From Takakia lepidozioides (Eukaryota > Plantae > Bryophyta), in assembly GCA_030704615.1 (NCBI GenBank), contig CM060732.1, positions 65,906,001 to 65,970,000 on the forward strand: 64,000 nucleotides of DNA. Reading direction: 5' to 3'. The translations under genes and the position numbers were made by a program. The notes below the pieces were generated by a model. That model saw only the letters and a list, made by a program, of their open reading frames with translations, was not told the origin of the DNA and did no database searches. Shown piece after piece: positions 26,160 to 37,700 of the stretch. Numbering within the stretch: position 1 is the first letter of the stretch; every line of letters begins with the position of its first letter.

Positions 26160-27435
26160 TTTTAGGTCCCTTTTTAGGGTTATCTCTGAGTCCTTTCTCT
26201 GGCTCCTCAACGAAGGCAGGTAATGAGACACTTACACATGACCTGCGAAGTAAACTTGGCATGACGGACCTGTAAGACAGAACAGCAAGTGAGTATTGTG
26301 TTGGGTACTCATCAATCAAGCGCTCCTCGGATAACATCCAATCTCAGAGTCTGTTGGTTTTAGGTTCAGAAATTGTAGCAGTTTACCTGTGTTTCCCAGA
26401 TATGTTTCAGGAATGGCAAGTTCTAGGAAATGTAGCCTGGCTGTTAGGACTGCCTGACTATACCCTGTTAATTACATTGATTGGGTGCAATGAATTGTTC
26501 AGGATGAACTCAAATGGCCCTCAATTTATGGCTTTTCCTTGCTTCGTTTTCGTTTGATTCAGTCACTCTTGGGCTCTATTCTGAGTTGGTATCCATGGTT
26601 TAGCAAATTTGGTCATTATATGATAAGACTCTGCTATCTGGAGTTTCTTTTGTGAATATTAGGTGTTGGTTGTGGGATGGTCCACAACTGCTAGGCCAGA
26701 GTTTGAATGGCTTGTTTCAGAGTGACATTGCCATGTCAAACACGTCACAGAAGGCTTAGCACAGGGAAACCCAACCAGAGCTCCCTGAGGAACATACATA
26801 GACATTCTTCAATTGGTCAAAGTTGATGATCCAATCTTTTGACTGTTGGAATGCCAGCAACAGCTGGTTCTGCCAATTTTTGCAGTTAGATGTGTAGAAA
26901 TTCTGTTGGGGTGCAGGGTCTGGTTTGGAGGAGCAATACATTCCAACCCTGTGAACTCATTACATATTGTTTGTGTAATCTGATGTCCAAGTTTGAAGGT
27001 TCCTCCTCCATAAGCAATCACGTAATTTGCGCCCTAACCAGTGGCTAAATCTGAGCTGATGGAATTTTTGAAATGTCAATCCACAGACTTTCTGGGGCAA
27101 AGTCCCTTCTGGGTCCTAACTCCTAACCCTGCCAGAGCTGGTCCTGGAACACATTTGGATGGCAGATGTGGAGTTTGTAGTGGGCAGGGGTTGGTGTCAG
27201 GCCCAATTCTAGCAAATTGTCTTTAGGTGCTTAAGGGTTGAACAGGCTTTTGTCTTGCAAGCACATCTGAATTGCTTTTCTCTCCCAAAACCTCTCTCTC
27301 AGTCTGATCTGATCCTTTGCCCGTCTACCCTGTATGCTACCACAGCCAATCTGTTGCAAAGCTCGAGGCTGGTGCTGCAATATCATCTCTTGCTCTCTTT
27401 CTAAGATGACATGCTGACAAAGATAGTAATTGGCT

Positions 27436-28485
27436 GAAACGCCGAATCCCCAGATTATAAAGTTTCTTTTGGGTGAAACACTAACACTGGATGGGTAGTC
27501 TAAACCCTGAAGCCTCCCAGCTTAGGCCCATCACTTCCCCAGCTTTTCAATGTCTTGATTCTCATAGATATTCACTCCTATCTGGCTCCCATTGTCACTA
27601 CTGGCACCCTTCTCTGCAACTGTTCTCATTGCCTTTGCCACCGCACTGATCCCAGCCGATAGTCTCCCACCTGTCAAGGGGTTGATAGGCTTCAAAAGAA
27701 ATTCACAAACCTCTTCTACAATCCTTCGCTTTTCTCGCTTCTCTCCATCATGTAGCAGAAACCCAGGTCTGAAAATTGACAACTGACTGAACCCCAGGGA
27801 TGTCATATCCTTCTCCAGCAACCCCTTTGTTCTCGGATACAAAAAGGGTGATGTTGCAGACGATGCAAGCGCCGTCAGCAAACAAAAATGAGTAGGCCGA
27901 GAAGGATTTGCTTCCTTGTACAATCGAGCCACATGAAGAGGATAGTCATGATCGATTTTGATGAAGTTTTCGGCACTTCCGGCGGCTGCTCGTGTAGTCC
28001 CCAAAGTGTTGAACCCAACATCAATGTCCGTGAAAAGTGCCTTGTGATCATCTAGATTGTCAAAATCGACAACATGTTGCTCTAGCTTCTCTTTGCCGGG
28101 ACCATCGTAAGGAACAGTCCGTCGTCCAATTGTCACTATTCGATGGAAGTTCGGAGACTGTGCGAGCTCTGCCACGAGCTTCTTTCCCACGAGTCCTGTT
28201 GTGTTTGATCTCTTCATCAGTCGAAACAGAAATGCCTCTACAAATCCCTTACCACAAAGGCCAAATCCATTCACATCTAGCAAAGATTTGTAGCGAGAAG
28301 CCTTAACCTGAAGAACTCACTGGGGTTTGTTGGCTCATAACCTCCATCTTCTCTCTCAGTCGGAGAACCAAGAATACATACCTGAACCTCCAACGATGAA
28401 CGCTGACATGGATGGCACTGCTGCCCCTTGAGTAGTCTGAGAAGTCATCGGCTCCTAGCGTGCTCCACAGCCTTTTGCCGATATC
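27436..28485. repeat. About 1.05-kb direct segmental duplication (partner at 33226-34282)
   Basis: High nucleotide identity across the CDS, intron and flanks of the two TIP30-like genes. Confidence 0.9.
27531..28448 (-). CDS. TIP30/HTATIP2/FMP52-like atypical SDR oxidoreductase, copy 1
   Basis: Exons 28448-28382 and 28195-27531 splice to give SAFIVGGSGLVG (Rossmann GxxGxxG). Also TIGRR, LGTTRAAAGSAENFIKIDHDY, FLYPRTKG (YxxxK) and SIFRPG. Confidence 0.9.
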
Positions 28486-30893
28486 CAGCCAACCACCCAC
28501 GAGTGTCCCAGGCTTTCTCTAGGAGTAATTGAGGCTAGGCGGTTGTCAAATGCTCTGCTCTCCGCTACGGAATACAAAAAGAGCCATACTGGTATCCAGA
28601 ATGACTAGGAGAATGATGATGAGCCTGCACTTCAAAATTTTCGGAGGCCCCGCCAAAATACGGCGTGGAACCCGCTACTCTCGCCCAGAATAGAGGGTTG
28701 AGTAGAGGGTTACGCAAATGTCCCGGTAACATATTGTTGGAGCGTGGGCTCCACCAAATTCTCATGGTCATTGTGTCACTCATAGCAGCCAGCAACACGT
28801 AGCATGTGACACAACCTACATCCAACACGTGGCCTGTAAGTATGCGAATCTGCTGAAAGGCCTCCTTCATTCAAAATGTGCATAGCCTCTTTCAGTTGTC
28901 CTGCTTCACATGTTGTCCTCACCAGCACAAGACTGGACTTCCTTTCCTCGTCCTCTTTTGACCGAGGTGCCTGATTTTATGGACTGTGCTTCTGCTGCTT
29001 CCAGTTGAACATCTGCCCGTGCAGGTTTCTTGTAGCTATTAATCCACAGTGCCTCAGCCCTCACTGGCCTTACTCTTGTGCTTGACATGATCTAGCCTCC
29101 TCAAATGCATCTGGACTCACACTCCATACCAGCCTTCTTTCTTTCAGCTATTCCTATCGACAACAAAAATGTGTATCTCCTTGCCCCTAGCAACTGACAT
29201 TGACAATAATCGCCAGATTTTGACCATGCGCACACTCTCTAATATTGTGTCGAGTACACTTTATCAGTAGAATCAACCGCAGAGGAACACCTGCTGTCCC
29301 AGGATATTATCCTCTATCCCACAATCGTCCAGAAGGTGTGTTTGAGCAGTTCCACTTCAAGTGATCTCAGACAACACGCTGCTGTAAGGCAAGAAATATT
29401 TTGAAGACAACCCCCAACAAGACCTGCTCGTCATGATCTCTTCACCAATTGCCTTAAATTCTTCTATTGTTGCCGCCATCCAAGAGACAAACACCTGAGG
29501 CTCGCCTCCAAGACGCAAGAATCTCCAACCCACCAAGCACGCTGTGATGAATTAGACGCCTCAAAGGCAATGGACAATGAGGAGGACCAAGAACCCCCCC
29601 AACTCTGCGCCCACTGTGTTTGAACCCCCACTGCAGGTCACTTCATGAAATTTCTGCCAGCTGTGCGTACGCACACTCCAGTCTTCGTTTTGATACTCTC
29701 ACTTTCTCTGATTTTAACTGGTTTAGGTTTATTTTGATGTAATTTGCTTGTGGCCTTTGTGATGATCTGCTTGCTATGGTCAGTATATTTGTCCAGCAGA
29801 TGCAGGATGCGCTCGATATGCAGAAGTCATGATGCGAGATTTGCAAGCTCTCTAGTAGAGCATGTGAAGGTGGTGAAAGTTACTGTTGTCATGATTGTGG
29901 TTGCAGGATTTTATCATGCAAATGTTGCAGAGAAGCTCTAGCAATCAAATGAGAGTACTTTCTGAGGGAAAAAATGAGCACTAAGATGAACCCTACAATG
30001 ACAAGGACCAGGAACTTCAAAGGATGACCAAAGCTTGAACAGAATAGAAAAAAATGCAAAGCAGGAACCTACTTAACAATGCATAGTGGGATCAACTGCA
30101 ACTTAATGAAACTGTTAGCTCTAAAAGTTTGTGAAGACTGGATGAGTCGTGCTGTTTGTGAACATTCTGATATGACGCCCTACAGGTATCCACTCAGAAC
30201 TTCTTGGGGTGACATGCAAGGCATTGAGCCACAGGAACGAACCAAAGCCGGAACGTTGAGCAAAGAGGGACACTAAAAACTAACAAGGGAATTCCAAACA
30301 GGAAGGCATGCTCGAATCCCTGTGAATTGGACAACATAGCTTGCACATACACATCTCAGTGTCGTTGTCCTATGCACGACAAGAAAAGGGAGATTGTCAA
30401 CATGTATGTTCTTGCACAACCCTTGCATTTAGTAGATTATGGTACAGCAAATGCTCATACTTAACAAGTTTGGGTTACACTTTGCAATAGGGATAATGAA
30501 GGTGTATGTTGTAAGGCAACCCAAAAAATGATTGTATTACAGATACCGAGGGCAGGATAGAAGAGCATGATGAGCAAAGGCCACCTCCTCCTCTGGTCCC
30601 ATGGGAAAATGAAAATGCCCTCCAAAATTAGCATACAAAGTTGGGGAACTGGATATCTAGGACTGGATCTGGTGTGCACTTCTTTCGTCTCCCTTTTTCC
30701 TGTCACTCTCTCCAAGGCCCCAAGTCTAAATCAAGAGCATGCTTGAATCTGGTCCCTTTTCTATTTCTTTTGCATCTGGAAGAAACACTTTGATCCAATC
30801 TTTTGGTGCTATCAGGGGTTCTGTGCCTAACCTTGTTGCCATCTCGTCTGAGTCTCAGATGAGGAAGGTTCCCAGTGCAGGTCCTTCTTAAGA

Positions 30894-32503
30894 CTAGACA
30901 TCAGAGAGAGACTGTCGCACTTGGCTTAGCCAAGCATTGTGTGCAGCTGTTAGATCAGGCCATGCCCTGTCATTATTCATGCACTTCTCCATGATTCTCA
31001 ACTCATGGCTGGTGTGAAGGTCATCCACCGCTGTCAACCAATTCTCAAAAAAACGGGTTTGTTCATCTGGAGGGAAAGTACTTACCAAGTCATTGAACAT
31101 CGCATTTGTCTTCTCAAGTTTAGGTCTACTCTCAGAGCAGTCCTGAGAAGAAGACAAGAGCACCATGATCGACCAGTTGTTGATCATTGCTGCCTTCACT
31201 GTCGTTTCGAGAAGCAATTTTCCATCCCGAATGTGTTCAAAGATCTTCTGCAGCATAGTGGACAAACTAACAGCCCAGTAGATAATGATGTCCCCCTCCT
31301 GACAACTGTGTCTGTCCCAGAATTCGTCGTAATATACTCCTTTTATGATCCTTGCCCAGGTTTCCTCCAAGGCAATCAGCTCCACGACCTCTTCGGCCAC
31401 AGAAAGATCCAACAGAAGACAAACAATCCACTGAAGTCCATCAAAATCGCCTAACCAATCACGATCAGCCTCATGGCCCTCCCGGAAGCCATCCTTCACA
31501 GATGGAATGAACTTCTTACACTCGCAGTATACAATTGCCATGCTATGCTTGGCCAGACCTAACGACGATATGAAGGACCATGAACATTTTCCATTAGAAC
31601 TTTCTTGAATATTTCCCGGCTCCCGACATTGCCGCAATAATCCTTCATTACAGACGTTTGATCTACGCCCTTATTGAAACAATCTGTCAATAGCTTCGCC
31701 ATCAGCATCTTAGATGTGTCTGTGTTGGGTCTCAACGTTGCAATGCGCGAAGCGAGTTTTTCGGATATAAAAACCTGAAAATGGGGAGCTGAAAAAAATG
31801 TGCGAATCCTCTCCTCCTCCTGTGATGTCCATGGAACAAGTGTCAGGTAGCGCATGCAGGCATCCACACAGTCTTGATAAATGATCTCCGAAGCTACTCG
31901 AAAAATTTCAAGGGTATGTGTCACGGATTTGAAAAGAGCGGAGGAGAATGGTGAGTAAAAGGACTTGATGCAGTCTGTGTATGCTGTGATCTGTGTGTTC
32001 AGAGTAAGTTTAACCGGCTGATTGCAGTCGCTCCTCCATCTTTCGCTCAAGCATGAGTCAAAGTACTTGCTGTGGCGGCATAACACTTTCGAGTGTAAAT
32101 GCAATGTCATGACTCGCCTTTCCGTCCCAAGACCAACATTATCAGCTTCGTCTCCTGCATCCCCAACTCCAACTGTGTTTCTTCCGTCACTAGCAACTGA
32201 AGAATCTACAACTCGATGCTCTTCAACTTGTGCCACTTCAGAAGGAACAGTTGCGTCACGACCATATGGAACTGCGTTAGTAGCACGACCATATGCATAT
32301 CCTGTAGCAATACGATCGGTCACTTCAACAACCTCGCTTCTCAGTGGTCTCTTTTGCTTTTTGACAGGGGGCGGACGGACATCTCCCTCTTCGGCAGACC
32401 CTTTCGGTCGAACCAAGAAGAGAACCACGTCGCTCGTCTTCCTGTTCCCATACCAGAGCTCCTTTTCCATTGGCGTCGTTGTTGCCGTCGCTGTGCGCGC
32501 CAT
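30894..32503 (-). CDS. BTB/POZ domain protein (plant At3g05675/At1g63850-like type), split by a frameshift near 31560-31600
   Basis: TSDVVLFL, LHLHSKVLCRHSKYFDSCLSERW, CVDACMRYLTLVPWTSQEEERIR. The family C-terminal half (LQWIVCLLLDL, LVSTFPPDEQTRFFENW, WPDLTAAHNAW) continues in another frame. Confidence 0.8.
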
Positions 32504-33322
32504 CACCGAAAAGACCTAAAAGCTTATGAACGTGTATGTTTCAAGAGCATTTCCGAACCCAGACAGGAACTTACTGACTGAAGATGAAGGAGCTCCAAAT
32601 CTCAGTGTGCTGTGCAGCATCCCTCCCTCTTGCTGGATCCTTCCCTATGCACTTGGAAATGATGTGTGCATGTTCATCCGTCCTCCCAGATCTTGCAGTG
32701 ATCCGACGGTACTTCTAACAGTAACGTCCCTGTCCACCTCTCAAATGCATGATCGCTGTAGCCCTCAGAATTGGCAGCGTTCATGTACCCATCAGAGAAA
32801 GAGTAGAGTACCACATCGAAAGGATCAACCAAACTTCCGTATCTGTGCAGCTGTGAAGTACCTTGTGTTGTAACACACAGACCTCGTGTATGTATGAGGA
32901 CCACAAAGCTGTGTGGAGGTCATGCAAACAGCGCCCATTTGTTCCCTTCCAATTTTCCTCTACCAATTTTTAGACTGAAGCCTCACCCTCGGCCCCAGCA
33001 ACTGCAAGCTGCAGCTTTCTTCGAATGCAAATGAATGAATGAATGAATGGTTTATCTACGGAATACAAAAAGAGCATTTGGAGTCTTTTTGGCATATTGG
33101 CCTGCGCTTTGGAATCTTTTCAGTAGGCCAGCAGGTCATTACCAGTATGGCTCTTTTTGTATTCCATATGCGGGTAACCCCTATGGCAAGTTCATGCCCA
33201 ATCCCTGATACCCACACTTGTGGGTTGAGACGCCGAAACCCCAGATAATCAAGATTCTGTCGTGTGAAACACTAACACTGGATGGGTAGTCTAAACCCTG
33301 AAGCCTCCCAGCTTAGGACCCA

Positions 33323-34245
33323 TCACTTCCCCAGCTGTTCAATGTCTCGATTCTCATAGATGTTCACTCTTGTCTGGCTCCCATTGTCACTACTGGCGCC
33401 CTTCTCTGCAACTGTTCTCATTGCCTTTGCCACCGTACTGATCCCAGCCGATAGTCTCCCACCTGTCAAGGGGTTGATAGGCTTCACAAGAAATACACAA
33501 ACCTCTTCTACAATCCTTCGCTTTTCTCGCTTCTCTCCATCATATATCAGAAACCCAGGTCTGAAAATTGACAACTGACTGAATCCCAGGGATGTCATAT
33601 CCTTCTCCAGCAACCCCTTTGTTCTCGGAACCAAAAAGGGTGATGTTGCAGACGATGCAAGACCCGTCAGCAAACAAAAATGAGTAGGCCGAGAAGGATT
33701 TGCTTCCTTGTACAATCGAGCCACATGAAGAGGATAGTCATGATCGATTTTGATGAAGTTTTCGGCACTTCCGGCGGCTGCTCGTGTAGTCCCCAAAGTG
33801 TTGAACCCAACATCAATGTCCGTGAAAAGTGCCTTGTACTCATCTAGATTGTCAAAATCGACAACATGTTGCTCTAGCTTCTCTTTGCCGGGACCATCGT
33901 AAGGAACAGTCCGTCGTCCAATTGTCACTATTCGATGGAAGTACTGAGACCGTGCGAGCTCTGCCACGAGCTTCTTTCCCACGAGTCCTGTTGTGTTTGA
34001 TCTCTTCATCAGTCAAAACAGAAATGTCTCTACAAATCCCTTACCACAAAGGCCAAATCCATTCACATCTAGCAAAAATTTGTAGCGAGAAGCCTTAACC
34101 TGAAGAACTCACTGGGGTTTGTTAGCTCATAACCTCCATCTTCTCTCTACAGTGGGTTTTCTCAGTCGGAGAACCAAGAATACATACCTGAACCTCCAAC
34201 GATGAACGCTGACATGGATGGCACTGCTGCCCCTTGACTAGTCAT
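33323..34245 (-). CDS. TIP30/HTATIP2/FMP52-like SDR, copy 2 (catalytic Tyr replaced by Val)
   Basis: Exons 34245-34188 and 33987-33323; same motifs as copy 1 but FLVPRTKG. Confidence 0.88.
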
Positions 34246-34750
34246 CGGCTCTTAACTTGCTCCACAGCCTTTTGCCGATATCTTCAAATGCTCCGCTCTG
34301 CACACAGATCAATAGCCTCGATCTCAAGGTTTCAGATCTCTAGAAACCTGGGACAGCAGCAAGCCATTGCTGGCGCGGGCCAGCACCAGTGTTGGGCGGG
34401 TACTATATTCTTTAATACCAGCCGGGTCCTGGTATTGAAAAATTGTTTCTCAATACCAGCCGGTTCCAGAATCCATAGTATTGGAATATTCACATAATTA
34501 TAATATCCGCCGGTTCTCAATAGTAGTATGATTTTTTATTTGTGGAGGGGTATCAATAGGATGGGTATTCCCATGGTAGTATCAGCCGGTTATAAACCCG
34601 GATATAAATAATTAAAATTAAAATTAAAATAACCATCGAATCATTAATATGGTTTTAATTTAGAAGCATACTTGATTTCACAAAGTAAATATTCTCTTGC
34701 CAAATTCAGACTTTGCATTACATAATAACAGTGCGGATTTTAGTACACGA

Positions 34751-37700
34751 TGTCGTGCACCTAAGCATCGTGCCACAACATACATCGATGTCCACCACAC
34801 AATCTAAGCACACAATCCTAGAAAGCTATACCACAATGATAAGAGATGAGAAATGAGAGAAGTAGAAGACAATGAAAGCTCTCAAAGCATGAAGCAATCA
34901 CATGAAGAACAAGCCCTAGTCCTTCCAAGTGAAATCCACTCTATCACATAAATTAAGTCAAGCCAAGGGCACCTTTGCTAAAAGAATCCACCCTACAAAG
35001 CCCTCAACACACTCCCTCTCAATACCTAGAGCTGTGGAGGTGAGAGAAGCTCATGGAGGCTCAACTACAAGAAGATGAGCCTCCTCAAAACTCACAAGGG
35101 GAAAATCTATCTCCATGTCTCAAGTGAGGCTCGACACCTCACTTGGCATGTGAGACCAAATGAAGTCCCAACACACAAAATATAAATATAAATATCTAAA
35201 ATTTCCTAGTTAACTAGAAGTAGGTAATTCTAGATAACCATGACTAAAACCATGACAGCTGTCGTGCACCTAAGCATCGTGCCACAACATACATCGCTGT
35301 CCACCACACAATCTAAGCACACAATCCTAGAAAGCTATACCACAATCGCCCCCCTAGCTGGTGGTTAGGTCCCTCTAACTCCAGATAGCTACAAGATGTA
35401 GTAGCCACAGCCGTACTAAGTCCTCTATCACTGTCCCTATTGTACTCAGACTCTATAGACCAAGAGGTCGGGTACAAGAGCAACCCCATCGTTAGTTGTC
35501 GTCTTGCAATCTGTGAACTTGAGTCAGGATCTCGTGTGTTGGTCTCCTAGTAGCTTGGCCTTGCATTTATTGTTAGCCTTCCATGGTTGTATCCACTCCC
35601 ACTATCCAATGCAATGCGGACATAACCAATCCCCATCAGGAACCATCTCAAGAGGTGGAGTCAAGCATCCCATATGCCAATCTCTAGAGCATTGATCACA
35701 CACCAGCATGGTGGCTGCCCCTCTAGCAGACCCACACAACATGCACCTCAAACTTGCAGGTACCACTGCCAGGTTTGGGTCAACCCTTCCATCAACATTT
35801 GGAAGGTGACATGGCGCGCAATTACGCACATGGTCCTTCCAAATCATGCCATCCCGACCCTCCAAGATCAGGACTCCTGAGGGCAACATCTCTCGAACCC
35901 TCAAAATAGTACGTCATGCAGTCACATCCAAGGTCGTAGGAGCAATCTGCTGCAGATAAACATAGTCACCAGGGTTGAATCTTCGAACCCCAGGACGATA
36001 GCCCCCACCACGTATGGTAGCATACCTCAACGTATCACGATGTTGTGCAATGACAATGTTCTCTCTCACTGGATTTGCGCTGGAAGTCTTGCAAACTTCG
36101 CAGCTTCTCTGTCCGTACACTTTGGTAGTTCCTCCGCAACTCCTGGAAGAACTCCACCACCGTGTTGAATCTAGGCACATGTGTTGTAATTGTGGCAGGA
36201 GGAGTAGTAGCACCTTTTGAACTGGTACCACCTACAGAAGTGCTGACACTACTTGTTCCACTACTAGTGCTTGTAGTTGGAGATGTTTGTGTAGCTGCTG
36301 GTGTCACCGCTGCCCTTGTGCCTCTAGTGATTGAGACATAGTTAGGTGACCAATACTCTCACCACTCCTCAATCTCCACCGCATGTCCCCGCCTAAATTC
36401 ATGGTAATCATCTATGGGCGGCCCCTCAAGGTGCTAGAATAGCCCCTTCCACGCCATAAAGGGCGTAAACAGTTGTGGATTGCGCATTTGCAGCAAATCA
36501 CACCAACTGTCAAACTCTTGTATAAAGTCATCAAGCTCGATGGTGCCCACAGCTCCAGAGTACCTACGTGGCCCCTTGGTAGCTCCATACATCTCCTCCA
36601 TCGTGTCCCACAACAATGGCACGGAAATGACTTGCACCCTCGGCGAGAATCCTCCTGACTCCGAGTCTGAACGTTCCTCAGAAGACACTGAAGGTGAAAG
36701 TGGCCTAAACCGCATACCTTGTCTTGTGTACCCACTAGTATCGCTGGTGCTTGTACCGGCACTCCCCTCAGCAGCTGGTGGCACCTCCGTGATGAAAACT
36801 CACAACTCAACCGGTTGTCAACTTGTCTCTAATCCCCACTTTCTACAAGGTAACCGGGTAAAGAACCTGTTGCGGCTACTGGTTCAAGCAGGAATAATAG
36901 GTTTCTAACGTAGACCTGTACCTGCACCTGCATCCACCATAAGCATTCCTATGGTCTGCTGGTCATCAACCCAGCCTCACCATAGAAGAAACACCGGTGG
37001 TCTTGCTGGTCATCACTCCAGCCTCACCACCGACAGCATACTCTAGGATTGGCCGGTGATCAAATCCGGACCAACCTCCTATGAAAACAAGCGCCCACAC
37101 AAAGCTAACATGGCGCACAGTCAAGCATGCAGGTGTGGAGGGGATCCAAACACAAGAAAATCAAGACAGCAACTCCCCCACACCAAAAACACTCCACAGT
37201 GTCACTCCTGCAATGACACCCCAGCCCAAATCCGGACTGACTCTTGCCTCCACCTACGGAAAGGTTTTGGCCTACAGAGAGGGTGAAAGACAATGGAGAA
37301 GAGAAACTAAAGCAATTCCTAACCCCAGAATGCTCTCATTCCACCACTCTCCCTCCTGTCTCTATCCACTCGCTTGTATGGCCGTGGCAACTATCCTTCA
37401 ATATCCCTCAATCAATCCTTCAAGAGCTCTTCAACATTGTCCACCAAAGCTCCTTGAAGGGTCCTCCAAGGACCCCAAAGATCCTCCAAACACTCCTCCA
37501 ATGACCCCAAAGATCCTCCAAATACTCCTCCAAGGGCCCTCAAATATCTTCCAAACAATCCTCCAAAGGCCCTTAAATTTCACTAAGTCCTTTCACTGTT
37601 GATACCTTAACAGTGGTATAGTCTGAGGTTGCTAGGGTCCCTTATGTTGATGATACCTTTACAGAGGTATAGTCTGAAAATGAGGGTTCTGTTTGGTATA

